Of a DNA stretch of 64,000 nucleotides, positions 25,188-37,890 are shown in pieces. The stretch comes from Felis catus. Lineage: Eukaryota. Under the pieces are notes generated by a model. That model did no database searches. It was not told where the DNA came from and saw nothing but the letters and a program-made list of their open reading frames with translations. Position 1 is the stretch's first letter. Each line of letters starts with the position of its first letter. Both the position numbers and the translations under genes were made by a program. Location: the NCBI RefSeq assembly GCF_018350175.1, contig NC_058384.1, positions 65,472,001-65,536,000 of the forward strand. The letters are read 5' to 3'.

Positions 25188-25861
25188 AAAATGCTCTGTG
25201 TTGTGTCAGGCTGTATTAAAATTTCACACCAGTCTCACCTCAGTGTCCTTTTTCCTTACTGTTTTTCTGCCCCGGGTTGTTTCTCCCTGCCTCTCTCTCT
25301 GCCGTGGAATTTGTACTCACCATTACAAAGGCCACACACATTCTATCCCCTGGGATAAAGGTCTCTGCCTTCTCCCCAAACGACACTAGTAATTTTAGGG
25401 ACTGAGGTAAACGTCTCTAGAAAAGTAAATGTTGGCCCAGCTGCTGTGGGAAACAGACCAAGGACACAGGGCAATTGTCAGGGGTTTCGTGAAGAGAAGG
25501 AAGGCAGCCAGCAGCTGGGGGAAGAAGAGAGACGTGTCAAGAATGGAAATGTCAGTAGCATAGCACACAAGAAGCAGATCTCAGTCACCTCCATCCCGGT
25601 AGCTGGATGAATTCTCGGGCCCATTTGGGGGTGCCGACCTGGAAGAAGAAGAGCTCACCTTAACCCCTCAACCCTTGGAAATGCAAATCCTTTCCTATAT
25701 TATTGTGAGCTTTTTGAAACTCAAGAAGAAAGTTTTCTGTGTGAAGAAAATGGTACAGAAGTTTCTCTGGTTATAAAATCAAACTACATTTATTTGAGGT
25801 AAATATTTAAGAATCTAGTCCTTTGATATTTGAATTACTGCTTAAAAATCTTAGTATTCCA

Positions 25862-26072
25862 GGGGCGCCTGGGGGGCTCAGTCAGATAAGCGTCCGACTT
25901 CGGCTCAGGTCATGATCTCTTGGTTTGTGGGTTCAGGCCCCGCGTCAGGCTCTGTGCTGGGAGCTCAGAGCCTGGAGCCTGCTTCAGATCTGTGTCTCCC
26001 TTTCACTCTGCACTCTCCCCCCCAACTTGCTCTCTGTCTCTCTCTCTCAAAAATAAACATCAAAAAACATTT
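25862..26072 (+). mobile_element. SINEC_Fc
   Basis: TSD ttaaaaatcttag(t/c)attc on both sides. Confidence 0.92.
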
Positions 26073-26313
26073 TTAAAAATCTTAGCATTCTATTTATAAA
26101 TCTAATAGATTTTATCCCTCACTATTAAAGATGTTTGACAACTATTTCATCTGATTGATAAGCTTGGCGATTAAATCCTTTTAAACATTTCAATGATATA
26201 CATTATTTTGTTTTTAAGAACCTCAATATTCTAACTTAAATAACAAAGCCTCTACAGTTTCTAAAAATCACCTTTATAATAAAGAAATAAAAAATATGAC
26301 TACTGCGATATCC

Positions 26314-26507
26314 TTTTTTAAAAATGTTTATTTACTTTCAAGAGAGACACAGAGAGAGAGAGCATGAAGGGGGGATGGGGGGATAGAGAAAGAGGGAGAC
26401 ACAGAATCCGAAGCAGACTCCAGGCTCTGAGCTGTCAGCACAGAGCCGGACGTGGGGCTCAAACCTGTGAACCTGGAGCTTAACCGACTGAACCAACCAG
26501 GCACCCC
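26314..26507 (-). mobile_element. CanSINE
   Basis: Reverse SINE with a small internal deletion. Confidence 0.88.
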
Positions 26508-26879
26508 TAATCCTAAATTCTTTTAAGTGTTTCCATCCTGTGATAAACATGGTGAGATCCCAATTTTAAATAACAAGCATAATATTTTGAATTTTATTAA
26601 CTATAAATTTTACCTCAATAGAGTTGATTTTTAAAAAGTATAAATTACTTGCTCTATTACAAATTTAAAATTCGAACTAGAAGTTAGATTTGGTATTCTA
26701 ATAGGTCAAACTGTTTTAAATAATGCAAATACACACAATACTAAATGCATAGACTTTTCTTAGGGCAAAAGAGAAATAATAGTTTTGATTCTATTACCTG
26801 TTTCTACAGTTGGCTCTAAAATCTTTCTGGGCTTAAAAGATGCTAACCCACTACAGAAATTATGATATGACCCATTTCT

Positions 26880-28575
26880 TTATTCCTGCAACAATTATTT
26901 ACTGAGGCTACTATGCCAAGAACTGTTTCAGGTGCTTGGGATACAGTTGAGAACAATTTCCTGCCTTTATATAGCTAACACTGTGGTGAAGGGAGATGTT
27001 TTTTAAAATACATATTGGGAGAGAGCCAAAGCATAAGAGACTGTTAAAAACTGAGAACAAACTGATGGTTGATGGGGGGTGGGAGGGAGGAGAGGGTGGG
27101 TGATGGGTATTGAGGAGGGCACCTTTTGGGATGAGCACTGGGTGTTGTATGGAAACCAATTTGTCAATAAATTTCATAAAAAAAAAAGAAAAAAAAGAAA
27201 AAGCGAAAAAAAAATAAAATACATATTAATAGTAAACCAGAAAATTGGCAAATTATCTGAAACAATGTCCTGTGGGAAAAAGAAAAGAAAATATTGCAGG
27301 ACAAGAGGGTCCGGTATGGGTAAGGAGATCATAATTTTAAGCAGAGTGGTCACGTTGGACCTCATTTAGTAGGTCACATTTGGACAAGGATTTGGACAAG
27401 AAGTTAGTCGTATGGTTATGTGGAGGGAGAATAATCCAGGCAGCAGGTAAACCTGGTGAGAGAGCCCCAAGGTGGGCAAGCACTGGCCTGTTCAAGGATT
27501 CAAGGAGACCACTGTGGTTGGAATGGAGTAGAGGTGGAGGGAGACCACTGCAGGGAGAGTGCAGGGAAATAAAAAAAGATGGAACCTCTAGGGCCTCAAA
27601 GGCTATTGTATGTATTTACAATTTCCTAATTTATTCTGAGAATGGGGGCCAGTGAGAGTTTGGAACACAGGAGAGTTATCCTGATTTAGAATTTAAAAAA
27701 ACAAAAAACATGGCTGCTTCCTGTTGAGAAGACAATGAAGGGAGATACGGAGAAAGCTGGAGTCCTGGGGAGGATATTGCTACAATCCTGTGAGAGATGA
27801 TGGTGGCCTAGGTCAAGATGGCAGCAATGGAGGTGAAGAAATGTGGCTGAATTCTAGATATAATTTGACAACAGAGCTAACAGAGTTTTCTGATGGATTG
27901 AAAATGAAGTGGGAAAGGGAAGAGTCAAGGATGACCAACTGGGATGGCAGAGATGCCATTAACTGAAACCAGAAGGGGATGTTGGGAGGGGAGAAATCAT
28001 AAGTTTCGTTTAAGCATAAGTGGACTTTTGAAAATCTACTAAAAACACTGGGCAGGTGGGCTCATGAGCTAGACACTTGGGAGTGAAGGCCAGGATGAAG
28101 ACATATGTGGCCATCATTAGCGTATATCATGTATCTAACGCCGTGAGACTGAAGGAAACCACCCAGGGTATGAGTTTTGGGGCACTCCACTGTTACAGAT
28201 TTGGGGGAAATAGGGACAATCAGAAAATGTGACTCAGAAAGAGTGCCCAATAGGAAGAAAAAACCAAGTGTCCCCAAAGCCAAATGAACAAGATAAAGGA
28301 GGAAGAAGTGATTGACTTTGCCAAATCCTGCAATAGTCAAGTAAAATGAAGACTGAAAATTGGCCATGGACGTAGTCACCTGGAGGCCACTCTTGAACTC
28401 AATGAGAGAAGCGTGCATGAAATGTTGCAGGGAAAAACCCGAACTGAGTAATGCCATAGAAAAGAATCGAAGAGAAATTGGAAATTTCAAGTACAGATCA
28501 TTCTTTCATGGAGTTTAACTGCTGATGAAAGCAGAGAAGGAAGGTATTAAGGAACAAGTGGGATCACGGAAATAT
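26880..28575 (-). mobile_element. L2 (LINE2) remnant, interrupted by a young L1 end
   Basis: L2 3' end 'caacaattatttactgaggctactatgcca...ggtgcttgggataca' and typical purine-rich L2 body ('gagtcaaggatgac'). Confidence 0.75.
27017..27215 (+). mobile_element. Young feline L1 3' end, ~200 bp, 5'-truncated
   Basis: 'gggatgagcactgggtgttgtatggaaaccaattt..caataaa' + A tail; TSD aaaatacatatt at 27005-27016 and 27216-27227. Confidence 0.92.
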
Positions 28576-28849
28576 TTTAATTGTGATTCACAATAAAGAA
28601 CGTATTTTAAGTCACAATATAAGATCCACAGTCATACATATTCATTTCCATATTTGTAACAAAAACACTTTATAAAACAGTACTTACACTTACTCCATTC
28701 AGTGTTTCTTGTCTTTTGTATTCTTTTTTTTCTCCTTATTCTATTCCATTAACATTGGAACTGATTTCACCACCCATTAACGGTCGCAACCCTTAGTATG
28801 AAAACAAGAAGAACTCTAACGTAAGGAGTCTTTAACTCTGATTACACCT

Positions 28850-30063
28850 GTTTATGTGTGTGTTTCTGTTTATTTGTTTTAATTTTATTTGGTTAACATA
28901 GAGTGCAATACTGGTTTCAGGAGTAGAATTGAATGATTCATCACTTACATACAACTCTCAGTGCTCATCACAAGTGCCCTCCTTCATGCCCACCACCCAT
29001 CTAGCCCATCCCCCCTCTTTCCTCTATCAACCCTCCATTTGTTCCCTGTCATTAAGAGTCTCTTGTGGTATGCTTCCTTCTCTCCTCTTCCCCCCCTTTC
29101 CCATATGTTCATCTGTTTTGTTTCTTAAATTCCATATATTGATGAAATCATATGGTATTTGTCTTTCTCTGATTTACTTATTTCACTTAGCATAATACAT
29201 TCCAGCTCCATCCACATCATTGCAAATGGCAAGATTTCATTATTTTTGATGGTTTAGTAATATTCCTTTGTGTATACACCACATCTTCTTTACTCATTCA
29301 CCAGTGGATGGATATTTGGACTCTCTCCATAATTTGGCTACTGTTGATAATGCTGCTATACACACTGGGGTGCACCTGTCCCTTCAAATCTGTATTTCTG
29401 TATCCTTTGGGTAAATACCTAATAGTGCAATTGCTGGGTCGTAGGGTAGTTCTCTTTTTAGTTTTTTGAGGAACCTGCATACTGTTCTCCGGAGTGGCTG
29501 CACCAGTTTGCATTCCCACCAACAGTGCAAGAGGGGTCCCCTTTCTCTGCATTTTCATCAACACCTGCAAAGCACATTTAATCTATACAGTTAATGCAAT
29601 CCCTATCAAAATACCACCAGCATTTCACAGAGCTAGAACAAACTATCCTAAAACTGATATAGAGCCACAAAAGACCCCGAATAGCCAAAGCAATCCTGAA
29701 AAGGAAAAACAAAACTGGAGAAATCATGATTCTGGAGTTCAAGCTATATTACAAAGCTGCAGTCATCAAGACAGTATGGTATTGGCAAAAAAACAGACAC
29801 ATAGATCAATGGAACAGAATAGAAAACCCAGAAATGGTCCCACAACTATATGGTCAACTGATCTTTGAAAAATCAGGGAAGAGCATCTAATGGGAAAAAA
29901 AGATAGTCTTTTCAGCAAATGGTATTGGGGAAACTGGACAGCAACATGCAGAAGAATGGAAGTGGACCACTTTCTTTCACCGTAAACAAAAGTAAATTCA
30001 AAATGGATGAAAGACTAAATGTGAGACAGGAAACCATCAAAATCTGAGAGGAGAACTCAGGCA
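28850..30063 (-). mobile_element. Carnivore L1 with inverted 5' segment
   Basis: 28850-29565 is the L1 3' end on minus; 29566-30063 is ORF2 (NAIPIKIP...) on plus; flanks aactctgattac and aactctaattac. Confidence 0.85.
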
Positions 30064-30299
30064 ACTCTAATTACCTTTGTATACATATTTCACAGGTTGT
30101 TTCTATGTTTACTTTTGTATTTAATTATAGTTTCTAATTTATTTGTAAGAGAGTATTGCATGTTATTAAAAGCCACGTTGTACCTTAAAAAATGATAGTT
30201 TAAATGTGAGGAAGAAAATATACACTCTCCAACAGTACTGATGAGATGTCAAAATGGCACAATCTTTTCTAGAGTGATTTAACAAAATGTGTCGAAAGA

Positions 30300-30975
30300 A
30301 TTGATAAACATCGACATCTATTCAGAAGTAATGCCAGAGAAGGCTTCTTTGATGAAGTATCATTTAAATTGACACTTGAAGACTGAGAAGGAATCGGCCA
30401 GGAAAGTACGTAAGGGAAATCATTTGTGCAAATGCCCTGAGGTGATTAAACAGCTGAGTGCACTATAAGAACCAAATGCAGATGTGCAGATGGGACAGAG
30501 GAAGAGTCACGAAATGAAGGCTAGAGGCAAAATATGCAGAACCTTGGAGGTCATGTTGTAAGATACTGGAATGTATCTCAATTGCCAAGTGAGGACCCTG
30601 GAAAGATTTAAGTAAGCAATTACATTCTTAGAATCACATTTCTATTGTATCGATAGTCGATCAGAGTGGAGCCAAGGTACAGGTGGAAAGGTTGGTTTAA
30701 GAAACCGTATCAATTGTCTTTCACTACAGAAAGGAAACATCCCCAAAATCAGTGACTTAAGACAGAAACTATTTGTCTGTTAATTTATGGGTTGACAATT
30801 TGGTCTGGAATCAAATAGGTGGTTCTTCTTGTCCTGGTTCACTCATGTATCCAGGGTCAGCGGCTGGCCAGGAACCCCGGGTGAACAGGCTGGCATTAGC
30901 TAAGACAGTTGTACTCTCTTCCCTGTGTTCTATCACCTTCCACAGGCTAGTGTGTGTTGTTCAGGCAGTGGCTGG
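30300..30975 (-). mobile_element. L2 fragment followed by an MLT1-type MaLR LTR fragment
   Basis: L2-like 'cagagaaggcttctttgatgaagtatcattt'; MLT1-like 'ccccaaaatcagtgacttaagaca'. Confidence 0.5.
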
Positions 30976-31152
30976 TAAAAAACTTCTTATGACATTGCCT
31001 ATCACATAGTCAACAATGCTATTGCCATGGAAACTGTGCGTTGGGGAAATGCAACAGACCTTGAAAAATGCGACTACTCTTTCAGAGAGTAAAGAGGGGG
31101 AAAAAAATCCCTAATCCAGTTGAAAGCAATTCTTCATTAAAATGTGGCTTCA

Positions 31153-32870
31153 GGAGTGACATCACCAAGATGATGACATAGGTTGTCCCTGACTTCACTC
31201 CTCTACACAAGAACAAATAACAACTATTCAAAAATAGGACACCCCTGAGAGAACCCTAGAGTTCAGGGGTGGGTCTGAAGCAGCCCTTCACCACAAAGAC
31301 CGTGACCGGCTGCGGTCGAAGGGGAAGAGAAGTGTCTATAAATTGACCCATCACCCTTCCTTGCAGGCCAGCACATGGAGCAGCTTCCCTGAGCCTTGGG
31401 TTCCTCTAGTGGGAAAGGAGAACCAGAAAGGGGTGGCACACAACCATCAAAAGAAGCCATCAACAAAGTGAAAAGATGACCTATAGAATGAGAAAAAAAC
31501 ATTCGCAAACCATATATCTGTTAAGGTGTTAATATCCAAAATCTATAAAGAATTCATTCAACTAAAAAGCAAAAACGCAACCCAATTAAAAAATGGATAA
31601 AGGACCTAAATAGATATTTCTCCAAAGAAGATAAATGGAAGGGCAACAGGTACATGAAAGGGGGCTCAACATCACTAGTCATTGGGAAAATGCAAACCAA
31701 AACCAATGAGATATCACCTCACCCCTGGTAGAATGATCATCTCCAGAAAGACCAGAGATACCAAGTGCGGGTGAAGATGTGGAGAAGAGGGAACCCTCTG
31801 CACTGCTCAACCGTTGGTGGGAACGCAAACTGGTGCAGCCACTCTGGAAAAGAATATGGAGGGTCCTCAAAAAATTAAAAATGCAACTACCATATGCTCC
31901 AGCAACTCCATTTCTGAGAATATACCCAAAGGAAATGAAAACACCAACTCGAAAAGATATTTGCACTCTCATGATCATGGAAGCNNNNNNNNNNNNNNNN
32001 NNNNNNNNNNNNNNNNNNNNNNNNNNNNNNNNNNNNNNNNNNNNNNNNNNNNNNNNNNNNNNNNNNNNNNNNNNNNNNNNNNNNNNNNNNNNNNNNNNNN
32101 NNNNNNNNNNNNNNNNNNNNNNNNNNNNNNNNNNNNNNNNNNNNNNNNNNNNNNNNNNNNNNNTATATATATGACATAGGTTGTGAGATATATATATATA
32201 TACGTATATATATCCACATATATATATATACGTATATATATGTATATATCTCACAACCTATGTCATATATATACATATATCACATTTCTAATATATATAT
32301 ATATATATATATTAGAAATGTGATATATATATATGCATATATATAGTGGAATATTACTTAGTCATGAAAAAGAGGAAATCCTATCATTTGCCACACATAG
32401 ATGTAACTTAAGGACATTATGCTAAATGATATAAGCCAAACCTAGAAAGACAAGTACCATATGATCTCACTTATATGTGGAATCTTAAAAAAAAAAGAAC
32501 ATCTCAGAAAAGAGATCAGACTCTGGTAGAGGGGGAGGGGAGGGGAGAGGTAACTGGAGGAAAGTGGTCAAAAGGTACAAACTTCATTATGACATAGATA
32601 AGTCCTAGGCATATAATGTACAGCGTGATAACTAGAGCTAACACTGCTCTATGGTATATAGAAAAGTTCTTAAGAGGAGAAATTCTAAGACCTCTCATCA
32701 CAAGGAGAAAATTTTCTTCCTTTTTTTCTTCTTTTCTTTGCATTGTATCTACTTGGGAAGATGGATGTTAGCTGGACATTTCACAGCAGATGTAAATCAA
32801 ACTGTCATGCTGTGCCTGAAACTTATACAGCAATGGATGTCAATTTTTCTCAATAAAACTGGAAAAAATA
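31153..32870 (+). mobile_element. L1 (L1MA9-like): 5'-end-like segment joined to ORF2 C-terminus and 3' UTR
   Basis: Starts 'ggagtgacatcaccaagatg' (L1M 5'-end-like); ORF2 from about 31448 ([15 protein letters not shown]); ends 'ttctcaataaaactggaaaaaa'. Confidence 0.75.
32164..32328. repeat. Two adjacent inverted repeats built on (TA)n
   Basis: 31-bp arms at 32164-32194 and 32243-32273; perfect 54-bp palindrome at 32275-32328. Confidence 0.9.
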
Positions 32871-32934
32871 TGTATTTATATAATCTATTAATTCTGAGCA
32901 AATCTATCAAAGAAAGCTCATATTTTAAAAAGAC

Positions 32935-33178
32935 TCTTGGAGTTCCTCTTACTCAGGAGAACCAATGAGAAAAGATCAGAGGAGGAGGTCCCACTAATTA
33001 ATCTGTGGGGAAATGGGGTGGATGTTTTTTTCTCCGGTTATCGGGGGAAATCTCCGGTAGAGAAATCTTCCCAAGAGTATTTTAGAAACAGGTTACAACA
33101 GTCCACCTGATGAACTGAAGGGACTTCAGCCGCATAAACCCAGGAAAGGACCTCCTTCGTCTCTGCCAGAGGGTAAGA
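32935..33178 (+). promoter_or_regulatory. Candidate promoter and non-coding first exon of the OR at 39005
   Basis: ccaatgaga, CTAATTAATCTGTGGGGA (32994-33011), 'aacccaggaaagga', donor GG|GTAAGA at 33173; colinear with 49.19-49.44 kb. Confidence 0.55.
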
Positions 33179-33394
33179 GAAAAAAGGCATGTGGGTCCAA
33201 GGTGCGGACTTGTCCTGAGTCAAGGAGAAAGTGAATTGCCTAGTGGGTAGAAGAAAAGGGCCCTTAGCCTGTGCTCCTTATGTTGACTTCACTAGCAAAA
33301 TCTGGGGACATATCTGAGATTGCATGAATGGCAGAAAGCAATTGGGCTCAGGCAGGAGGAGATACATTTATAGGATTTAAAATTGGTGGTGATG

Positions 33395-33623
33395 GGGGTG
33401 CCAGGGTGTTTCAGTCAGTTAAATTTTGGACGTTGGATTCCACTCAGGTCATGATCTCATGATTTTTGAGTTTGAGCCCCACATCGGGCTCTGCACTTAC
33501 AGTGTGGATCCTGATTGGGATTCTCTCGCTCTCCCTCTCTCTCTTCCCCACCCCCGTCTCTGCCCCTCCCCCTGCTCATATTTGCTCTCTCTCTTGCTCT
33601 CCGTCCCTCAAAAAAGAAAAAAA
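33395..33623 (+). mobile_element. Older CanSINE
   Basis: Diverged head, 'caggtcatgatctc', CT-rich body, A tail. Confidence 0.85.
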
Positions 33624-34959
33624 TGGCGATGATGTTATATGTCTGGGGCATGATGGCTGAATAAGACTTTTCCCCTCAGATTTTTTCAAAATTAATTCTG
33701 ATCCAGGAGGACACCATTTGACATACTGGTCTCTGTTCCCAGTCAGAGGACTGACTATAAACCAAATAAGGTCATGAATAAAGAGTGCAGACATACCTGA
33801 GTTTCAGATTCCTGAAAATCTTGTATCAGGGAAGTGAGTCAGACTGAACACAGTCTGGGCCCCCCCACCCCCTGACTAATGTTTTCTACCCGCCTTCCTT
33901 TCGCCTGGTGGGATTAGGTGAGCTCATTTTGTCTCCGTCCAGTCTCCAACAGATAAACTTCGAATTGGCACATTAATTTCTGTAGAGTAGAACATTGCTT
34001 TTGCCAAAACATAAGGACCCAGCTTCTATTAAAGAGGTTATGATCACTCACTTCGGAGAAATAAATTGAGATGCCAGAAACACAGTGAGACAATAACTGT
34101 GTCTGCTTGGGAGGGTCCAAGATGTCTCGGTTCGAAGACGGTGGTCGTGGTCACCTTTGTACTGATTTGCCAATGGAGAGAAGTATGAACCTTCTTTGCC
34201 TCTTCCCGGACTCTCTACATGTGTGCCAGGGGTTCAGCTGAGCTAAGAGAGAGCAGCAGATTGAAACAACATTGAGGCCGGATTAAAGTAACCGCCAAGC
34301 TCTTGATCCCTTACCGTGTTAGTCACTTACTGTGATAGCATGAGCTGAAGACAAAGAAAGCGCTTTCCTGCAGCGCATTTCTTATCCCCTGTGAAACTGA
34401 GCACTGATCAGGGGTCAGGAGCAGCGGCGCAAGCCCGAGGGTCATTTCAGTGTTGTGGGAGCCCTGAACAAAAGGATCCAGAAGTTTTCGGGACCCTGAG
34501 ATGGAGAAGATACAGCGTGGACTAAGTCAGCTAAGTCCACTCCTCTCCCTTGTCCCCTGCAGAGGCATCAGTAGAGGTGCCTGAAGGGGACCTTGGTCCA
34601 AGGCTGCAGATACAGATGTAGGGGTACGCTTGCTGGGCTGACTGGAAACACACAAAGGGCATGACCGGCCAGAGGAGCCACAGTCCTCGCTGCCATCCCC
34701 TTAGAGTCTGTGGTGCACAGGCCAGGACCAAGTCTGGTGTCAATGGGGCGGCTTGCCCTGGGCGTCCTGCCTGGGAAAGCCTTTGCAATCGCCTGCAGTT
34801 AAGGCTGGAAATCATACAGGTTTTCTGCCAGGGGCCAGACTCCTCAGTGCATATGTAATTTTGAGGCGGAGACGAGAGTGGGAGAGATCTGTTCCCTTAT
34901 TCTTATCCCTATGCCTTGGACTTTTAAGTCCTTTATTTGAAACGTTTGCATAACTTAAA

Positions 34960-35750
34960 TCTTTTCCCTTTCTCAAGCAAAGCTGATTCCATCCGCTTGG
35001 GTCTTGGGCCAGCCTAACCTTTCTGGGACTTTCAATTCAGCCCTGTTCTTCCAACCTTTCTGGGTTTCTCCAAGCCCCTCCACTTACCTCTTCTAAGCTT
35101 CTCAGAGTCCAGAGGACCGAGAAGGGCAAGTCTGTTCCAATGGACTTCCCCAGGCTCATACCATTCTTCTTCTCTATTTGGCCTTGGCTTTATCAAGAGT
35201 GATGAGTCAAAGTTACTGCTGATGATTTCCCTACAGATGTGGGTCACTGCAACAGTCCATTCCCCCGGAACTGAGATTTTCTTAGGCAAAAAATACTTTC
35301 TTGTAAACTCTTCTGGCCTCTGCCTATTGGCCAGCTCCAAGGCTAGTTCCATATTTTCAGGTATTCATTAGAGGACCATCCCTATTTCTCAGTATCAGTT
35401 TCTGTCTTAGTTCATCCAGCCTGCTGTGACAGACGTGTCACAGACTGGAAGGCTTAAACAACACACATTTCTATCGAGCACCTCTGCAGCCTGGAAGACT
35501 GAGGCCCAGGTCAGGAAGATTTGGGGTCTGGTTTGTAGATGACTGCTCCTCTCTGAATCTTCACATGGCGGCTGACAGAGAGAAGCTATTTTTCTCGAGA
35601 CTCTTAGAAGGGTACTAATGCCTCTCGTGCTCGTGACCTCATCTAATCCTTATTACGTCCCCAAAGTCCCTCTCCTAACACCATCACATTGGGAGGTAGT
35701 TCCAATGTGTGAATCTGAGCGGCAGAGAGCAAAACATTCGTCCCACAATA
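34960..35750 (-). mobile_element. MLT1A-type MaLR LTR (35403-35750) with adjoining internal sequence
   Basis: 'tgtcttagttc...ggcttaaacaac...tcacatggc...acctcatctaatcc...ccatcacattggg...aacattc'. Confidence 0.7.
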
Positions 35751-35754
35751 GTCT

Positions 35755-36870
35755 TAGCAATGGAATCATACAACGTGTAGCCTTTGACTTCTTTCCTTTA
35801 ACACAGTGCATTTGAGACGAATCCACATTGTGTGTCTGTCATTCATTTTCATGGCTGAATAGTATTATACGGGTGTACCAAGTTCGTTTATCCTTTTACC
35901 AGTTGGAGGTCATTTGGGTTGTTTACAGTTTTATAAATAAAGCCACTATCAATATTTGTTTATAGGTTTTGGTGTGACCATAGACTTTCTTTGGGCTAAA
36001 TACTTAGGAGTGGGGATGCTAGAGGGCATACATCCGTGTTTGATTTTACAAGATACTGCTAAACTCTCTTCCACAGTGGCTGCAGCATTCTGTGTTCCCA
36101 GCAGCACCTGCAGGAAAGATCTAATCACTCCACACCCTCCCAGCACTTGGCATCACCAGCTGTTTTGTTAAAAACAATAAGTTAATTGTTCTTATAAATG
36201 TGTGACGGTGATGTATCTCTTTGCGGTTTTAAGAGTTTTGAGTTTTCCTGTTTTCTGGAAATGTCTTTAGGCAGATGCATGTCTCACAAATACTTTCTCC
36301 CAGGGTGGCTTTTTTTTTTCATTCCTGAGGGCCATCAATTTTGATGAGGTTCAGTTTGTCAGTTTCTTCTTTTACATATTGAGCTTTTGATGTTAGAGCA
36401 TCCACACTTTTGTTGTGACAAAGGTCATAAGGATGTTCTCTTCCATTTTCTGGGAGATACTTTATGGTTTTGGTTCTACATTTAGATCTGTGATCCATGT
36501 TGTGTTCATTCTTGGGTATGATGCAAGACTTATTTTAGCACACGTATGTCCAGTTTTCCCAGTGCCATTTGCCAAAAATACCTTCTTTTCTCTGTTGAAT
36601 TGCTTGACCTTATATGTGAGTGTCTATTTTTGTACTCTCCTTGGCTCCATTGATCTGGGTGTCTGTTCTCCTGACAATATTACATTGTCTTGATTTCTTT
36701 AGCATTACAGTGAGTCTGGAAATGTATATCAGCAGTTCTGAGTCCTCCAAATTTGTTCTCTTTTATCAAGATGTTTTGCTTTGTCCCTTGATTTTTCATT
36801 TATAGTTTAGAATCGGCTTCTTGATATCTATTTTAAAAACCCACCTGAGTTTTAGCGGAGGTTACATTGA
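35755..36870 (-). mobile_element. Old L1M ORF2/3' fragment
   Basis: 'aatggaatcataca', 'gctgaatagtatt', 'gtccagttttcccagtgccatttg'. Confidence 0.7.
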
Positions 36871-37439
36871 ATGAATGTATACATTATATTATATATACAA
36901 TCATTGTATGTATGTATACATTCTATATGCACATTCATAGGCCAGATGTTCTATAATGGCATATGTTCTATAAATGGCAGAAAAATGAATGGCAATTAAT
37001 ATCTTTAGAATATTTATAATCCTCTCATTTTATGAAAATGTGAGGGATTTGCATGTATAAGAATAATAAACATCTCCTAATTCTCTGTGGACACTTGATT
37101 TTCCAGAAGTTGCCGAAGTGATATTTGTCAGATTTAGTCTATATAAATAAAGCAGTTCTTAAAAGAACATTTTCAAGATATATACTTAGTTTTGTAATGA
37201 GATCTCTGAAAAATTTCAGAATGAGCCAAATATTTTCCATTGGCTCCATCTATGTTTCAAATGCTTCATTTTAATTTGGAATTTCAAATGATATTTTTTA
37301 ATAAAGTTGTAAGCTTTACATTGATTCTGCTTATAAGTAATTTTTCAAGTAGTGTTAATTCAGGGGAAATATTCTGCTGCCTTCCTAGGGAATATTGGCA
37401 TACAGCATAATCAAGTGTCCTAATTTCATTGTATGAGGA

Positions 37440-37890
37440 GTTTGTTTAATTTATTATTTTTTGTGTGAGACAGAGAGCAGAGGAGAAGGGTAGGGGGAGA
37501 AAGACAGAGAATCTTAAAGCACTCTCCATGCTCAGCACAGAGGCTGGATCGGGGTTTGATCTCACAAGCCTGGGATAATGACCCAGGTTGAAATCAAGAG
37601 TCAGACGCTCAACTGACTGAGCCACTCAGGCACCCCACGAGGAGTTCATTTTTAAAAGGCTCTAGGGGACCCTGGGTGGCTCAGTCAGTTAAGCGTCTGA
37701 CTTCAGCCCGGGTCATGATCTCACAGTCCATGAGTTCAAGCCCCGCGTCAGGCTCTGGGCTGATGGCTCAGAGCCTGGAGCCTGCTTCTGATTCTGTGTC
37801 TCCCTCTCTCTCTGCCCCTCCCCCGTTCATGCTCTGTCTCTCTCTGTCTCAAAAATAAATAAACGTTAAAATTTTTTTTTTAAAAAATAA
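37440..37890. mobile_element. Two CanSINEs (37440-37636 minus, older; 37665-37890 plus)
   Basis: Head-to-head SINEs; the plus copy is flanked by aaaaggc(t/c)cta. Confidence 0.88.
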
